Positions 19,006-30,221 of a stretch of DNA of 64,000 bases are shown piece by piece. The notes under the pieces are model-generated. The model was not told the DNA's origin. It worked only from the letters and a program-made list of their open reading frames with translations, and ran no database searches. A program made the translations under genes and the position numbers. Origin of the DNA: Cyanobacteriota bacterium (GTDB lineage Bacteria > Cyanobacteriota > Cyanobacteriia > PCC-6307 > Cyanobiaceae). Positions within the stretch are counted from its first letter, which is position 1; every line of letters starts with the position of its first letter. The stretch spans positions 208,376-272,375 of the forward strand of contig JBJOMY010000005.1 of NCBI GenBank assembly GCA_046052125.1, in the 5' to 3' direction.

Positions 19006-19520
19006 CCAAACCAATCGGGCACCTGCGCCTGACTGGCGCCCTCGGGATGGGGGCTCAGCTGCACATGCCAGCGCTCACCCCCGATCAGCTCCAGTTGCTC
19101 GATAGCCAGGCAGTCATCCACAGAGCAAAGGTCGTCTTTGTGCGCTTGCAGCGCACCCACCAGCCAGCGGCGTTTCGCCGAGGCTTTGGCCGCCTGGGGT
19201 GAAGTGGCCACCACCACCCCGAAGTGATGCAGCTCCGCGAGCGAATCGGGGCGGTAAGCGCCCAGGTTCACAAACCAGAGCCGCTCAGGCCGGGGCGCAG
19301 ACGGTTCGCGCCCCAGGCTCACCGTCCAGCCATCGATCGCCCGCACCGCCATGTAGCTGTCCAAGTGCAGGCCCTCACGCCTCCCGAACCACTGGCGCCG
19401 CAGCTCCGGAAGGGTGTCATCGATCGTGGCGCCCGCCACGAAGCGCACGTCGTGCAGTTCGATCAGGCTGGTGGCGGTGCGGCCGCCCAGCACCGCCAAA
19501 AACAACACAGGCCCCGTCAC
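18981..19520 (-). CDS. DUF1543 domain protein
   Basis: LGGR...IELHDVRFV, HLDSY, LWFVNLGAY...ELHHFGVVVA, HKDDL; start uncertain. Confidence 0.85.
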   Translation of the reverse strand: MTGPVLFLAVLGGRTATSLIELHDVRFVAGATIDDTLPELRRQWFGRREGLHLDSYMAVRAIDGWTVSLGREPSAPRPERLWFVNLGAYRPDSLAELHHFGVVVATSPQAAKASAKRRWLVGALQAHKDDLCSVDDCLAIEQLELIGGERWHVQLSPHPEGASQAQVPDWFGYRRIDRS

Positions 19521-19552
19521 AGGACAATGCAGACGAGGGGAAAGCATGGGAC

Positions 19553-20380
19553 ATGGCGGCGTACATCCACGGCACCAGCCCCCGCGAGCAACAGCGCCTG
19601 ATCGACCAGGCCGAGCAGCTGAGCGCGCTGCTGAACGCCAATCTCGCCTTGAAGCCTGGGGAGAAACTGCTGGAGATCGGTTGCGGCGTTGGCGCCGTAC
19701 TGGGCCAGATCGGCATGGCTCACCCTGACGCCCAGCTATTGGGGATCGACATCAGCCCCGCACAAATCGAAGCCGCCAAACGCCATCTCCAGGGCCTTGG
19801 CCTCGAGCGGGTTGAGCTGATCGTTGGCGATGGCGCGGCACTGCCCTGGCCCGCCAATGAGATCGACCGGGTCCGACTGGTGTGGGTAATGGAGCACCTA
19901 AGCGAACCTTTAGCCGTACTGCGGGAGGCGCAGCGGGTGCTGAGGCCCGGCGGCACGATTCACCTCACCGAAACCGACTACGCCAGCCTGCGAGTTTCAC
20001 CCCCGGATGCGGCGATCGAGGCGATGCTGCGGGCCTTCATCTCCCATTTCAACCGCCACGGCGATGCCCATGCCGGTCCGCGACTGGGCCCCTGGCTAGA
20101 GCAGAGCGGCTTCTGCAACGTCAACGTTGAGATGGTGGGCATCCATCACTGGTGCCCCAGCCAGCGCAACGCGGTAGCGGGGTTCTCCAGCTATTTGCTG
20201 GAGTTCATCCGTCCTGAGCTGCCGGCACTGATGGCAGCGGCCTCTAACAGCCTCGAAGCAGAGGCGATCTCCGCTGGTGCGGAGCGTTTTGCGCAGCTAG
20301 CTGAGCAACCGGATGGGGCGCTGAGTCTCAGCCTGTATCAGGCGCGAGCGATGAAACCGCGCCCAAGCTCGCCAGGCTGA
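19553..20380 (+). CDS. Class I SAM-dependent methyltransferase
   Basis: YIHG...EQQRL N-terminus, LEIGCGVG, GIDIS, VLRPGG. Confidence 0.9.
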   Translation: MAAYIHGTSPREQQRLIDQAEQLSALLNANLALKPGEKLLEIGCGVGAVLGQIGMAHPDAQLLGIDISPAQIEAAKRHLQGLGLERVELIVGDGAALPWPANEIDRVRLVWVMEHLSEPLAVLREAQRVLRPGGTIHLTETDYASLRVSPPDAAIEAMLRAFISHFNRHGDAHAGPRLGPWLEQSGFCNVNVEMVGIHHWCPSQRNAVAGFSSYLLEFIRPELPALMAAASNSLEAEAISAGAERFAQLAEQPDGALSLSLYQARAMKPRPSSPG

Positions 20381-20538
20381 GGCCAGCGAGCTGGAATTGA
20401 CCCGTACCGATTTGGAGCGCATCGCGGGGCTCGATCAGCACCACCGTTTTGTGGATGGCAGTTTTTGGGAACTGCCCAATGAGCCCGACAGGCGCGCGAC
20501 ACTCTGGGATGAGCCGGTGGCCTGAGCAGGGGCGCAGC

Positions 20539-21258
20539 ATGGATTTCTTTGAGCGGCAATGGAGCTCCTATCGGGCCGTGGTGGAGCACGACCTGATGGA
20601 GCACCGGGCCGCAGCAAGCGCCGTGGCCACGGCGTTGCAGCAATGGCTCGCGCAGCGGCCCGCCGAAGCAGCCGCACCCGCCCTCATCGATCTGGGCTGC
20701 GGAGACTTGGCCCTGCTGGCACCGCTGCTGCGGGAGCTGCCGCTAGGCCGCTACACGGGTCTCGATCTGGCGGCGGTGGTGCTGCCCCTGGCTGAGCAGG
20801 CGTTAGGGACAGTGGGTTACGCAACCCACTGGCGCGAAGGCGATTTGCTCGGCTGGTCCGAAGCCCAAGACGGCGCTGACCCCGCCCTCGATCAGCCCGA
20901 CATCCTGCACTCCGCCTTCGCCATTCATCACCTCAGCGACGCGCAAAAGAGCAGGTTTCTCGAGGGAGCCCGCCGGCGCATTCAGCCCGGCGGCCTCTTC
21001 CTCTGGGTGGATGTGTTCCGCGAATCCGCTGAATCACGCGATGCCTACATCGCCCGCTACTGCCAGCGGATTTCCAGCTCCTGGCCGCAGCTGAACGCGG
21101 AGCAACAGGAGCACGTGATCGCCCATCTCAGCCAGTTCGACCTCCCCGCTGATCGAGCCGCGATCCAGGAGTGCGCCGAGGCAGCGGGGTGGCGCTGGCA
21201 GTGGGCCTGGCAGGGCCAGCACCGCGCTGAGGCGATGGCGGTGCTCACACCGGCCTAG
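20539..21258 (+). CDS. Class I SAM-dependent methyltransferase
   Basis: IDLGCGD, YTGLDL, FAIHHL, PGGLFLWVD; start uncertain. Confidence 0.88.
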   Translation: MDFFERQWSSYRAVVEHDLMEHRAAASAVATALQQWLAQRPAEAAAPALIDLGCGDLALLAPLLRELPLGRYTGLDLAAVVLPLAEQALGTVGYATHWREGDLLGWSEAQDGADPALDQPDILHSAFAIHHLSDAQKSRFLEGARRRIQPGGLFLWVDVFRESAESRDAYIARYCQRISSSWPQLNAEQQEHVIAHLSQFDLPADRAAIQECAEAAGWRWQWAWQGQHRAEAMAVLTPA

Positions 21259-22544
21259 CTGTGTTCGCGCAGGAAGCTGATCGAACCCTGGAGCTCTTCG
21301 GCGAAGCGATCGATCTCCTCGAAGGTGGTGGTGAAGCTGAGGCTGGCCCGCGCTGACGCGCTCAGGCCGTAATGACGGTGCAGGGGCTGGGTGCAGTGAT
21401 GGCCGCTGCGGATGCAGATCCCCGCTGAATCCAACAGTGCCGAAAGGTCGTTGGCGTGCACACCCTCCACGTGGAAGGCCGCCAGGGCAGCGCGATCGGG
21501 CTGCTGATCGGGCGTGGGCCCAAGGATGCGTAGCCCATCAATGCCTTGCAGTCGCTCAAACAGGTGCCGGGTGAGCTGCTGCTCCCAGGCGTGGATGCGC
21601 TCAAGGCCAATCGCATGGAGGTAGTCGATGGCGGCGCCCATGCCGATCGCCTCGCCGATGGCAGGCGTGCCGGCCTCAAATTTGTGGGGGAGCCCGGCCC
21701 AGGTGCTGTGGTCGAGGTAGACGTCCTGGATCATTTCGCCACCTCCCAGAAATGGGGGCATGGCCTCAAGCAACGCCTCGCGGCCCCAAAGGAAGCCCAT
21801 ACCGGTGGGACCGCACAACTTGTGGGAACTGCCCACGAGGAAATCGGCGCCCAGCTCGCGCACGTTCACCGGCAGGTGCGGAAGGCTTTGGCAGGCATCT
21901 ACCAGCACCAGGGCGCCGGCCGCATGGGCCAGGGCCGCCACCTCGGCGATGGGGTTGAGGCATCCCAGGGTGTTGCTCACCTGCACCAGGCTCACCAGCC
22001 GGGTGCGCTCGCTGATCTTGCTGCGCAGATCCTCGAGATCCAGCTCGCCGCTCTCGTTGAGGCCGGCATGGCGCAGCACGCAACCGGTGCGATCGGCCAA
22101 CAACTGCCAGGGCACCAGGTTGCTGTGGTGCTCCATCACCGTGAGCAACACCTCATCGCCGGGGCGCAGGTTGGCTTCGCCCCAGCTGCGGGCCACCAGG
22201 TTGATGGCCTCGCTGGCGTTGCGGGTGAACACGATTTCGTTGGGGCTGATCGCGCCCACGAAACCCGCCGCCTTAGCGCGTGCCCCTTCAAAACCTTCGG
22301 TGGCGCGGGCGCTCAGCTGATGGGCGCCGCGGTGCACGTTGGCGTTGTCGTGGTCGTAGTAGTGCTGCAACGCCTCAAGCACCTGCCGCGGCTTTTGGCT
22401 GGTGGCGGCGTGATCGAGGTAGATCAGCGGCTGGCCTAAGCAGGCGGTTTGCGCCAGCAGCGGGAAGTCGGGTCGGGTGAGAGCCGCCAGGTTCTCGGAC
22501 TGCGCCGCAGCGGGAGCAGGAGGAGCGGAGAGGGTGGTGGTCAT
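21255..22544 (-). CDS. sufS: Cysteine desulfurase
   Basis: YLDHAATSQKP, SSHKLCGPTG, RSGHHCTQP. Confidence 0.97.
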   Translation of the reverse strand: MTTTLSAPPAPAAAQSENLAALTRPDFPLLAQTACLGQPLIYLDHAATSQKPRQVLEALQHYYDHDNANVHRGAHQLSARATEGFEGARAKAAGFVGAISPNEIVFTRNASEAINLVARSWGEANLRPGDEVLLTVMEHHSNLVPWQLLADRTGCVLRHAGLNESGELDLEDLRSKISERTRLVSLVQVSNTLGCLNPIAEVAALAHAAGALVLVDACQSLPHLPVNVRELGADFLVGSSHKLCGPTGMGFLWGREALLEAMPPFLGGGEMIQDVYLDHSTWAGLPHKFEAGTPAIGEAIGMGAAIDYLHAIGLERIHAWEQQLTRHLFERLQGIDGLRILGPTPDQQPDRAALAAFHVEGVHANDLSALLDSAGICIRSGHHCTQPLHRHYGLSASARASLSFTTTFEEIDRFAEELQGSISFLREHS

Positions 22545-23788
22545 GCCTGCATCTCCAGCAAACGCTCCAGCGGGCACCAGGCGCGAGCCGCTGCGGGCAG
22601 GTCCCGCAGCACCTCTTCGCAGAACGCGCGTTGCAGCAGCCCGGCCGCCTGATCGGCATCGATGCCACGGCTCTGGAGATAAAAGAGCTCGTCGGTCTGC
22701 AAGCTGCTCACGGTGGCGCCGTGGGCACACTTCACGTCGTCGGCCACGATCTCCAGCTCGGGCTTCGTGTCGATCCTTGCGCGATCGGAGAGGAGCAGGC
22801 TGCGGCTGAGCTGCGCGGCATTGGTGCGCTGCGCTGCTCGCGGCACCCGCACGGCGCCGTTAAACACGCTGCGCCCCTGGCCCGCCGCCACGGCTTTGTG
22901 GAGCTGATCGAGTTGCCCTTCGGGGCCCTTGAACTCCACAAAGCTGTGGGTATCGGCAATCTGCTGACCGGACACCACCTGCAGGCCGCGCACCACGGTG
23001 TTGGCCTCTCCATCCACCTGAACGGCCCGCGGCTCCAGACGGGACAAGCCCCAGCCAGCAGACACGCTGCAGAGCTGGGCCTCGCTTTCCGGCTCCTGTT
23101 CCAGCGCCACGTGGGCCAACAAGGCCGCATCAGAGCGACCCAAGGCCACCAAACCGTGGTGGAGGCGGGCGCCGCGGGCCAGGTGCGCTTCAACCACCAG
23201 GCTGTGCAGCCCCGATCCCTGAGCATCCACTAGTTGAGAGAGATCGAGCTGGGCTTTTTCCTCCAGCAGCAGCAGCAAGCGCAGGGCTTGCAGCCCCTGC
23301 GAAGCCGCACTGATCAGCTCCAAACTCACTTGGCTGCGGCTGCTCACTCGCAAGGCCAAGACCCTCTCAGCGGATGCGTGGTTGAGCTCCACCGGCCAAT
23401 GCTGTTCGCAGCCGACAGCTGCGAGCGTGTGGCCCAGGCCCTGAGCCACCTCAGCGGCACTCAGCGCCTGCAAACCGGCCGGCAGCAACTGACCCGCCAG
23501 GGGATCAGTGGTGCCGTTCCACTCGAGCCGGCAGACACCAGCCGCCGCAGAGGGCAGCGTTAACGGTGCAGGCGCTGCGGATTGAGCCAGCGGAAGGCTG
23601 GAGAGCAAACCAAGATCGGTGAAGCGCCAGTCTTCTTGCCGTGAGGAGGGCAAGGGCAAACGGGCAAGGGCATCACGGCCCCGCTGCTGCACCTGCTGCA
23701 ACTCACCATTGGGAGCAGGAAGCCCAGTGAGCCAGCTCTCCAACCAGGCTGCCTTGCTGGACGTGGGGACCGCCAGGCTTGCGCTCAT
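22541..23788 (-). CDS. sufD: Fe-S assembly protein SufD
   Basis: [34 protein letters not shown]. Confidence 0.95.
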   Translation of the reverse strand: MSASLAVPTSSKAAWLESWLTGLPAPNGELQQVQQRGRDALARLPLPSSRQEDWRFTDLGLLSSLPLAQSAAPAPLTLPSAAAGVCRLEWNGTTDPLAGQLLPAGLQALSAAEVAQGLGHTLAAVGCEQHWPVELNHASAERVLALRVSSRSQVSLELISAASQGLQALRLLLLLEEKAQLDLSQLVDAQGSGLHSLVVEAHLARGARLHHGLVALGRSDAALLAHVALEQEPESEAQLCSVSAGWGLSRLEPRAVQVDGEANTVVRGLQVVSGQQIADTHSFVEFKGPEGQLDQLHKAVAAGQGRSVFNGAVRVPRAAQRTNAAQLSRSLLLSDRARIDTKPELEIVADDVKCAHGATVSSLQTDELFYLQSRGIDADQAAGLLQRAFCEEVLRDLPAAARAWCPLERLLEMQA

Positions 23789-24582
23789 CAGGCCACCTCC
23801 GCCGCCAGGGCGGCCAATTCCTGATCCACCCAGTCGTAACCGCGCTGCTCAAGCTCAAGAGCCAGCTCCTTCCCACCGGTGCGCAGGATCCGGCCCGCGG
23901 CCATCACATGCACGTAGTCGGGAGTGATCGCATCCAGTAGGCGCTGGTAGTGGGTGATCAGCAGGGTGGCGTTATCGGCGTTGGCCAACTGATTCACCCC
24001 ACCGGCCACGATGCGCAGGGCATCGATATCGAGGCCGGAATCGGTTTCATCGAGGATCGCCACCAGGGGCTCCAGCAGAGCCATCTGCAGGATCTCGTTG
24101 CGCTTTTTCTCACCGCCGCTGAAGCCCTCGTTCACGGAACGATCGAGGAAAGCGGGGTCCATCTGAACCACCTTCAGGCGCTCCCGCACCAGGTCTTCGA
24201 AGGCGAAGGTGTCGAGCTCTTCGTGGCCCTGCTCCATGCGACGGGCGTTGGTGGCCACGCGCAGGAACTCGAGATTGCTCACCCCGGGGATCTCCACGGG
24301 GTACTGGAACCCAAGGAACACGCCGATCCGTGCCCGCTGTTCAGGGTCGAGATCCAGCAGGTTCTCGCCGCGGTAGCTCACGCTCCCGGAGGTCACGGTG
24401 TAAGCGGGGTGACCGGCCAGCACCTTGGAAAGCGTGCTCTTGCCGCTGCCGTTGCGGCCCATCACGGCGTGAATCTCGCCAGCGCGAATGGTGAGGTTCA
24501 CCCCTTTGAGGATTGCCTTGTCCTCCACCCGGGCATGGAGATCACGGATCTCAAGCAGAACGGGAGCGTCGGGGCGGATCAC
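23788..24582 (-). CDS. sufC: Fe-S assembly ATPase SufC
   Basis: [40 protein letters not shown]. Confidence 0.98.
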   Translation of the reverse strand: MIRPDAPVLLEIRDLHARVEDKAILKGVNLTIRAGEIHAVMGRNGSGKSTLSKVLAGHPAYTVTSGSVSYRGENLLDLDPEQRARIGVFLGFQYPVEIPGVSNLEFLRVATNARRMEQGHEELDTFAFEDLVRERLKVVQMDPAFLDRSVNEGFSGGEKKRNEILQMALLEPLVAILDETDSGLDIDALRIVAGGVNQLANADNATLLITHYQRLLDAITPDYVHVMAAGRILRTGGKELALELEQRGYDWVDQELAALAAEVA

Positions 24583-24662
24583 GGCGTTGGAGTTGGGGAG
24601 AAGCGTGGAACAGAAGGAATGCGGTCAGGAGAGGCGCAGCTGGCCGGGCGATGGGGCACTAC

Positions 24663-26105
<1,443 letters not shown>

Positions 26106-26112
26106 CGTGTTT

Positions 26113-26466
26113 TCAACCGGCGCAATGGGCCTTCACTTCTTCGAGCGTGATCGTTTGCTTTTCACCACGGAATGGGTTGTCTTCCGTGAGAAACAGCATG
26201 CAGTGGCACTCCTTGCGCTCACGCATCGGCACGCAGGGGCAGTTCCAGAAGGCCTGCGCCACTTCAGCCTGCTTGTCTTCGTAATGACGGCAGGGGCAGA
26301 GGGCGCCACCGAGCTCGTCCTTATGACGGGCCAGGCCCTCCAGCACCACAGCCGTGACGCTGGGATCGCTGCAGAAGTAGGTGCCCGTGCGCTGCGCGTA
26401 GGTTTCGGCGAACTTGCGGATCACCTCAAGGCTGTCGCTGGCTTGGGGGGCAGGAGCTGCAGACAT
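26113..26466 (-). CDS. ftrC: Ferredoxin-thioredoxin reductase catalytic subunit
   Basis: [17 protein letters not shown] motifs. Confidence 0.96.
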   Translation of the reverse strand: MSAAPAPQASDSLEVIRKFAETYAQRTGTYFCSDPSVTAVVLEGLARHKDELGGALCPCRHYEDKQAEVAQAFWNCPCVPMRERKECHCMLFLTEDNPFRGEKQTITLEEVKAHCAG

Positions 26467-26517
26467 GAGCGCAGAGGCGAGACGGAGATGGAGTGCCGAT
26501 GCAGGCTTGACCAGCGA

Positions 26518-26541
26518 TTACGAAACGATCACGTTTCGCAA
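26518..26541. promoter_or_regulatory. Palindromic operator, probable SufR site
   Basis: TTaCGAAACG-atca-CGTTTCGcAA between divergent ftrC-suf and sufR. Confidence 0.6.
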
Positions 26542-26665
26542 GTCGACCCTAAAGCACACCAACGGCACCCGGGGATGAGGGCCATTGTGGCGTGTGGCGG
26601 CGCCGCAACATCCACTCGCCAGCCGTTGAAGGGGCGTGGCATGGTGTGGTGGTAAAGAGTTGGTC

Positions 26666-27301
26666 ATGAGCGCCTCGACGCAGGCACCCACACGCGAAGC
26701 AGCCCTCACCCTGATGCTGCGCCAGGGTGAGGCCACTGCCGCTCAGCTGGCCGAGGCGCTGTCTGTCTCCGTTCAAGTGATGCGCCGCCACCTGCGCTCA
26801 CTGGAAGAGGAAGGGCTGGTTGAGGCCAGCCCAGCACCGGAAGGGCCAGGGCGTCCCTCGAATCTCTGGCACCTCACCGCCGCCGGTCGCCGGCAGTTCC
26901 CCAATGGCAGCGAGCACTTCGCCCTGGGACTGCTCAGTTCGATGGCCTCAAGCCTGCCCGCCGACATGGTGGATCAACTGCTCAAACGGCAAGCAGCGGA
27001 AAAGGCAGCGGACTATCGCCGTCTGATTGGTGAAGGCGATCTGCAACAACGGCTGGAGCGGCTGGTTGAGCTGCGCCGGCGCGAGGGTTACGTGGCCGAG
27101 TTCAGGCCCAATCCCGATGGGGATGGCTGGGTGATCAGCGAATTCCACTGTTCTGTGATGAAGATCGCGGAACACTTCCCCTGCGTGTGCGACCAGGAAC
27201 TTCAGCTCATCCGCCACACCTTCCCCGATTGCGCGGTGGAGCGGGTGCACTGGTTGCTGGATGGTGGTCACGCCTGCGGTTTCTTGCTGCAGCCGTGCTG
27301 A
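26666..27301 (+). CDS. sufR: Fe-S cluster biosynthesis transcriptional regulator
   Basis: N-terminal HTH (VMRRHL...GRP), C-terminal Cys cluster; divergent from suf. Confidence 0.95.
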   Translation: MSASTQAPTREAALTLMLRQGEATAAQLAEALSVSVQVMRRHLRSLEEEGLVEASPAPEGPGRPSNLWHLTAAGRRQFPNGSEHFALGLLSSMASSLPADMVDQLLKRQAAEKAADYRRLIGEGDLQQRLERLVELRRREGYVAEFRPNPDGDGWVISEFHCSVMKIAEHFPCVCDQELQLIRHTFPDCAVERVHWLLDGGHACGFLLQPC

Positions 27302-27672
27302 GCGAACAGGACCTCAGCGAACTAGAGAGCACCCTGTTGCCGGCCCTTGAGCGGCACCATCTGCGTTTGCTGGCCCACAGCCTGCGTTGTCTGCAGCAAG
27401 CCGCCGCCCCGTCGCATCAACTCCCAGCGCAAGAGGGCCTCACCGCCTGGGCCCAGCAACAACCCAACCTGGCGGTCGACCCCACCTTCATTCCCGTGTT
27501 GGTGGAGCAACTCGGTAAAGCGGCCGTTCAGCTCCAGGCCATTGGCGATGAACTCAACAAAATCCCGCTCGAGCTCGAGATCAGCGATCTGGTGCGTTGG
27601 GGCCAGACGCAGGCGGATCAACGGCTAGGCGGCACGGTGAACACACCCGCCGTTAACCCACCAGACAGCTAA
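27295..27672 (+). CDS. Conserved hypothetical protein
   Basis: GTG start overlapping the sufR end; LLPALERHHLRLLAHSL. Confidence 0.7.
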   Translation: MLSEQDLSELESTLLPALERHHLRLLAHSLRCLQQAAAPSHQLPAQEGLTAWAQQQPNLAVDPTFIPVLVEQLGKAAVQLQAIGDELNKIPLELEISDLVRWGQTQADQRLGGTVNTPAVNPPDS

Positions 27673-28516
27673 CCCCCGCCAGGGCCAGCAGCGCCGCCAG
27701 CCAGCCGCACCAGCCTGGGCGATCCCCTTCGAGATGGGCCAGGGGAATCGCCATCACAGGCGCGGTTGCCATCAACGCCACCGCCACTCCACCAGGCAAC
27801 CGCTGAAGCGCTGCCTGCTGCAACACGATCCCAGCGGTGGTGCCCAGCAGCGTGGCCGCCAGCCCCCAGGGCCAGCGCACTGCGACCGGCTGCGGCCCCC
27901 AGCGCACCGCCGATAAGCGGCGCAGCAACGGCAGCAGCACCAGGACTGCCGCCAGCAAACGCACCAGGGCCGACTGGAACGGATCCAAGCCATCAACACG
28001 CAGTGCGGCCCGCGAGAGCAGGGCCCCGCTGCTGCCGCAGAGCAGAGCAGCCAAGGCCAGCAGTACCCCTTGAAGCTCCCGGCGCTGCGAGCCCCCGACC
28101 TCCGGCCGTTGCCAGGCCACCAGGAGGAGCGCCGCGGTGATCAGCGCCAACCCGAGCCACTGCACAGCCGCCGGCAGCTCCGCCAGCCAGAGGGCCCCAC
28201 CCACAGCAGCCACGGCCGGGCCGCCAGCATCGATGGTGAGGGTGCGGCGCGTACCCAAACGGCGCAGGGCCGCGAAATAAAAGCTGTCGCCGGCGGCGAT
28301 GCCCACCACCCCACTGAGGGCGAGCAACAACAAGGGGCCAGGGTCTCCCAAGCCGCCTCGCCCCAACACCAGCGGCAGCAGAACCGCCACCGCGAGAAGG
28401 TTCTTGAGCAGATTGAGCTCAGCAGCGCTGAGCGAGGTGGGCAGTCGCCGCCACAGGCTGCTGGCCACGGTCCAACAGAAGGCAGCCGCCAAAGCAGCCA
28501 GGGCGCCAATCAGCAC
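27653..28516 (-). CDS. DMT/EamA family transporter
   Basis: About 10 TM helices, LSGVVGIAAGDSFYFAALRRLG. Confidence 0.88.
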   Translation of the reverse strand: MLIGALAALAAAFCWTVASSLWRRLPTSLSAAELNLLKNLLAVAVLLPLVLGRGGLGDPGPLLLLALSGVVGIAAGDSFYFAALRRLGTRRTLTIDAGGPAVAAVGGALWLAELPAAVQWLGLALITAALLLVAWQRPEVGGSQRRELQGVLLALAALLCGSSGALLSRAALRVDGLDPFQSALVRLLAAVLVLLPLLRRLSAVRWGPQPVAVRWPWGLAATLLGTTAGIVLQQAALQRLPGGVAVALMATAPVMAIPLAHLEGDRPGWCGWLAALLALAGVSCLVG

Positions 28517-28580
28517 AACAACGAACTGCGCCCAGAGAAGCGTGATGGCTTGCGATCATCGCTGCAGCTGCCGCACCGCT

Positions 28581-29195
28581 GTGAGCCTCGCCATCGAGAA
28601 CGCCCTCAGCTTTTTTCAGCTGAGTTGCGGCCGCTGGCGCTCTCAGCGGAGCGTGCATCACCTGCTGCATCGGCGCGCCGAAGCGGGCGGATCGCTGATT
28701 GTTGTTGAGGAACTGGCCGCCAGCGACCAACGCCTTCAGGAGCTCGCCCAACTGCATGGCCAAGACCCAGCAGGACTGGTGGGGGGCTGCTGGGTGCGCT
28801 GGAGCGCATCCATGGCCTGGGACAAAGCGGGCGAAGACCACACCGGCGAGAGCGTGATCGGCCTGATCCCCACCGATGCGCAGGGCCGCGAAGGCATCCT
28901 GCTGCGGGATCTGGGCTATGCGGAAAAAGCGCCCGCCAGCTCGCGCTTCTGCATGGATGAGCGCGATGGCCTGCTGCTCAACACCGACTACGAAACGATG
29001 AGTGTGTGGGAGCGTTTCGCCTTCGCCGGGCCGAATGTGCGGGTGCGCAGCAGCACCGTGGAGGGGCTCTCCAACAACGCCTCCTTCTGCATCGAAACCC
29101 GCTGCGACGACAGCCAGCAGCATCGACCCACCGCCTCGGCGCAGTCCGCCTCCGATGAAACAAGCCAGCCGGCCCTGTCGCTGCTGGGCTGGTAA
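28581..29195 (+). CDS. CpcS/CpeS-family phycobiliprotein lyase
   Basis: FFQLSCGRWRSQRSVHHL, LRDLGYAE, ERFAF...RVRSS, SFCIETR; upstream of cpcG. Confidence 0.9.
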   Translation: MSLAIENALSFFQLSCGRWRSQRSVHHLLHRRAEAGGSLIVVEELAASDQRLQELAQLHGQDPAGLVGGCWVRWSASMAWDKAGEDHTGESVIGLIPTDAQGREGILLRDLGYAEKAPASSRFCMDERDGLLLNTDYETMSVWERFAFAGPNVRVRSSTVEGLSNNASFCIETRCDDSQQHRPTASAQSASDETSQPALSLLGW

Positions 29196-29300
29196 GCGCC
29201 GCCGGTGGCGAACGTTACGGACTGTGAGTCCTGACTGAGGCCGCTCAGTGGAGTCCTGACTGCACTTCTACGATCAGCCACGACGGATGCCGAAGTTCGA

Positions 29301-30059
29301 GTGGCCCTCCCCCTCCTGAAGTACGCGCCCACAACGCAGAACTCGCGTGTGGATCCCCTTCGCGCGGGCTCGGACGAGGATCCCAAAGCCGTGTCCATGG
29401 ACAAGGCGATGGATCGCGAAGACCAGAACTTCGTGATTGAAGCGGCTTACCGCCAGATCTTCTTCCACGCCTTCAAAGTCGATCGCGACCGCACCCTGGA
29501 GTCCCAGCTGCGCAATGGTCAGATCACCGTGCGGGACTTCATCCGCTCGCTCTGCCTGTCGGACACCTTTAACCGCAGCTTCTACAACCTCAACAGCAAC
29601 TACAAGGTGGCCCGCCACCTGGTGGAGAAGCTGCTGGGCCGCCAGACCCACGGCAAATCTGAAGAGATCGCCTGGTCGGCCGTGCTGATGACCCGCGGCG
29701 TCAAGGGCATGGTGGACGACATCCTCGACAGCGAGGAGTATCTGAACGCCTTCGGTTACGACACCGTTCCTTACCACCGCAACCGCGTGGTGGGCAGCCG
29801 TGACCTGGGCGAGACCCCCTTCAACATCACCAGCCCCCGCTACGACGCCTACTACCGCGGCATCCTGGGCTTCCCCCAGATCGTGTACACCGGCACCGCC
29901 CGCAAACTGCCCGAGCGCTCCCTGCAGCGCCGCGGTGGCTTCCCTCAGGACTACATGCCCTGGGTGCGCACCCTGCCCGCTCTCCGCGGTGCCAGCGCCG
30001 CCGGCAGTGCCGATATCGATTACCTCTCCAAGGTTCCTTACCGCAGCCTGGGCCGCTGA
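29301..30059 (+). CDS. cpcG: Phycobilisome rod-core linker
   Basis: MALPLLKYAPTTQNSRV, AAYRQIFFH, LESQLRNGQITVRDFIR; hydrophilic C-terminus. Confidence 0.95.
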   Translation: MALPLLKYAPTTQNSRVDPLRAGSDEDPKAVSMDKAMDREDQNFVIEAAYRQIFFHAFKVDRDRTLESQLRNGQITVRDFIRSLCLSDTFNRSFYNLNSNYKVARHLVEKLLGRQTHGKSEEIAWSAVLMTRGVKGMVDDILDSEEYLNAFGYDTVPYHRNRVVGSRDLGETPFNITSPRYDAYYRGILGFPQIVYTGTARKLPERSLQRRGGFPQDYMPWVRTLPALRGASAAGSADIDYLSKVPYRSLGR

Positions 30060-30082
30060 GCCCTGGCAGTTGGACCACTCAG

Positions 30083-30109
30083 GCGGCGGGGCAACCCGCC
30101 GCTTTTTTT
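30083..30109 (+). terminator. Intrinsic terminator after cpcG
   Basis: GCGGCGGG-GCAA-CCCGCCGC-T7. Confidence 0.92.
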
Positions 30110-30221
30110 ATGGCGTCCAGCCACGCCCCAACCCGTCTTGGGATGCTGACTACCTGGACACAGATCGGGCAGGACCTGTGAGAGTTAATCAGACTGATCC
30201 CAAACAGAATCCGGAGGAGCT

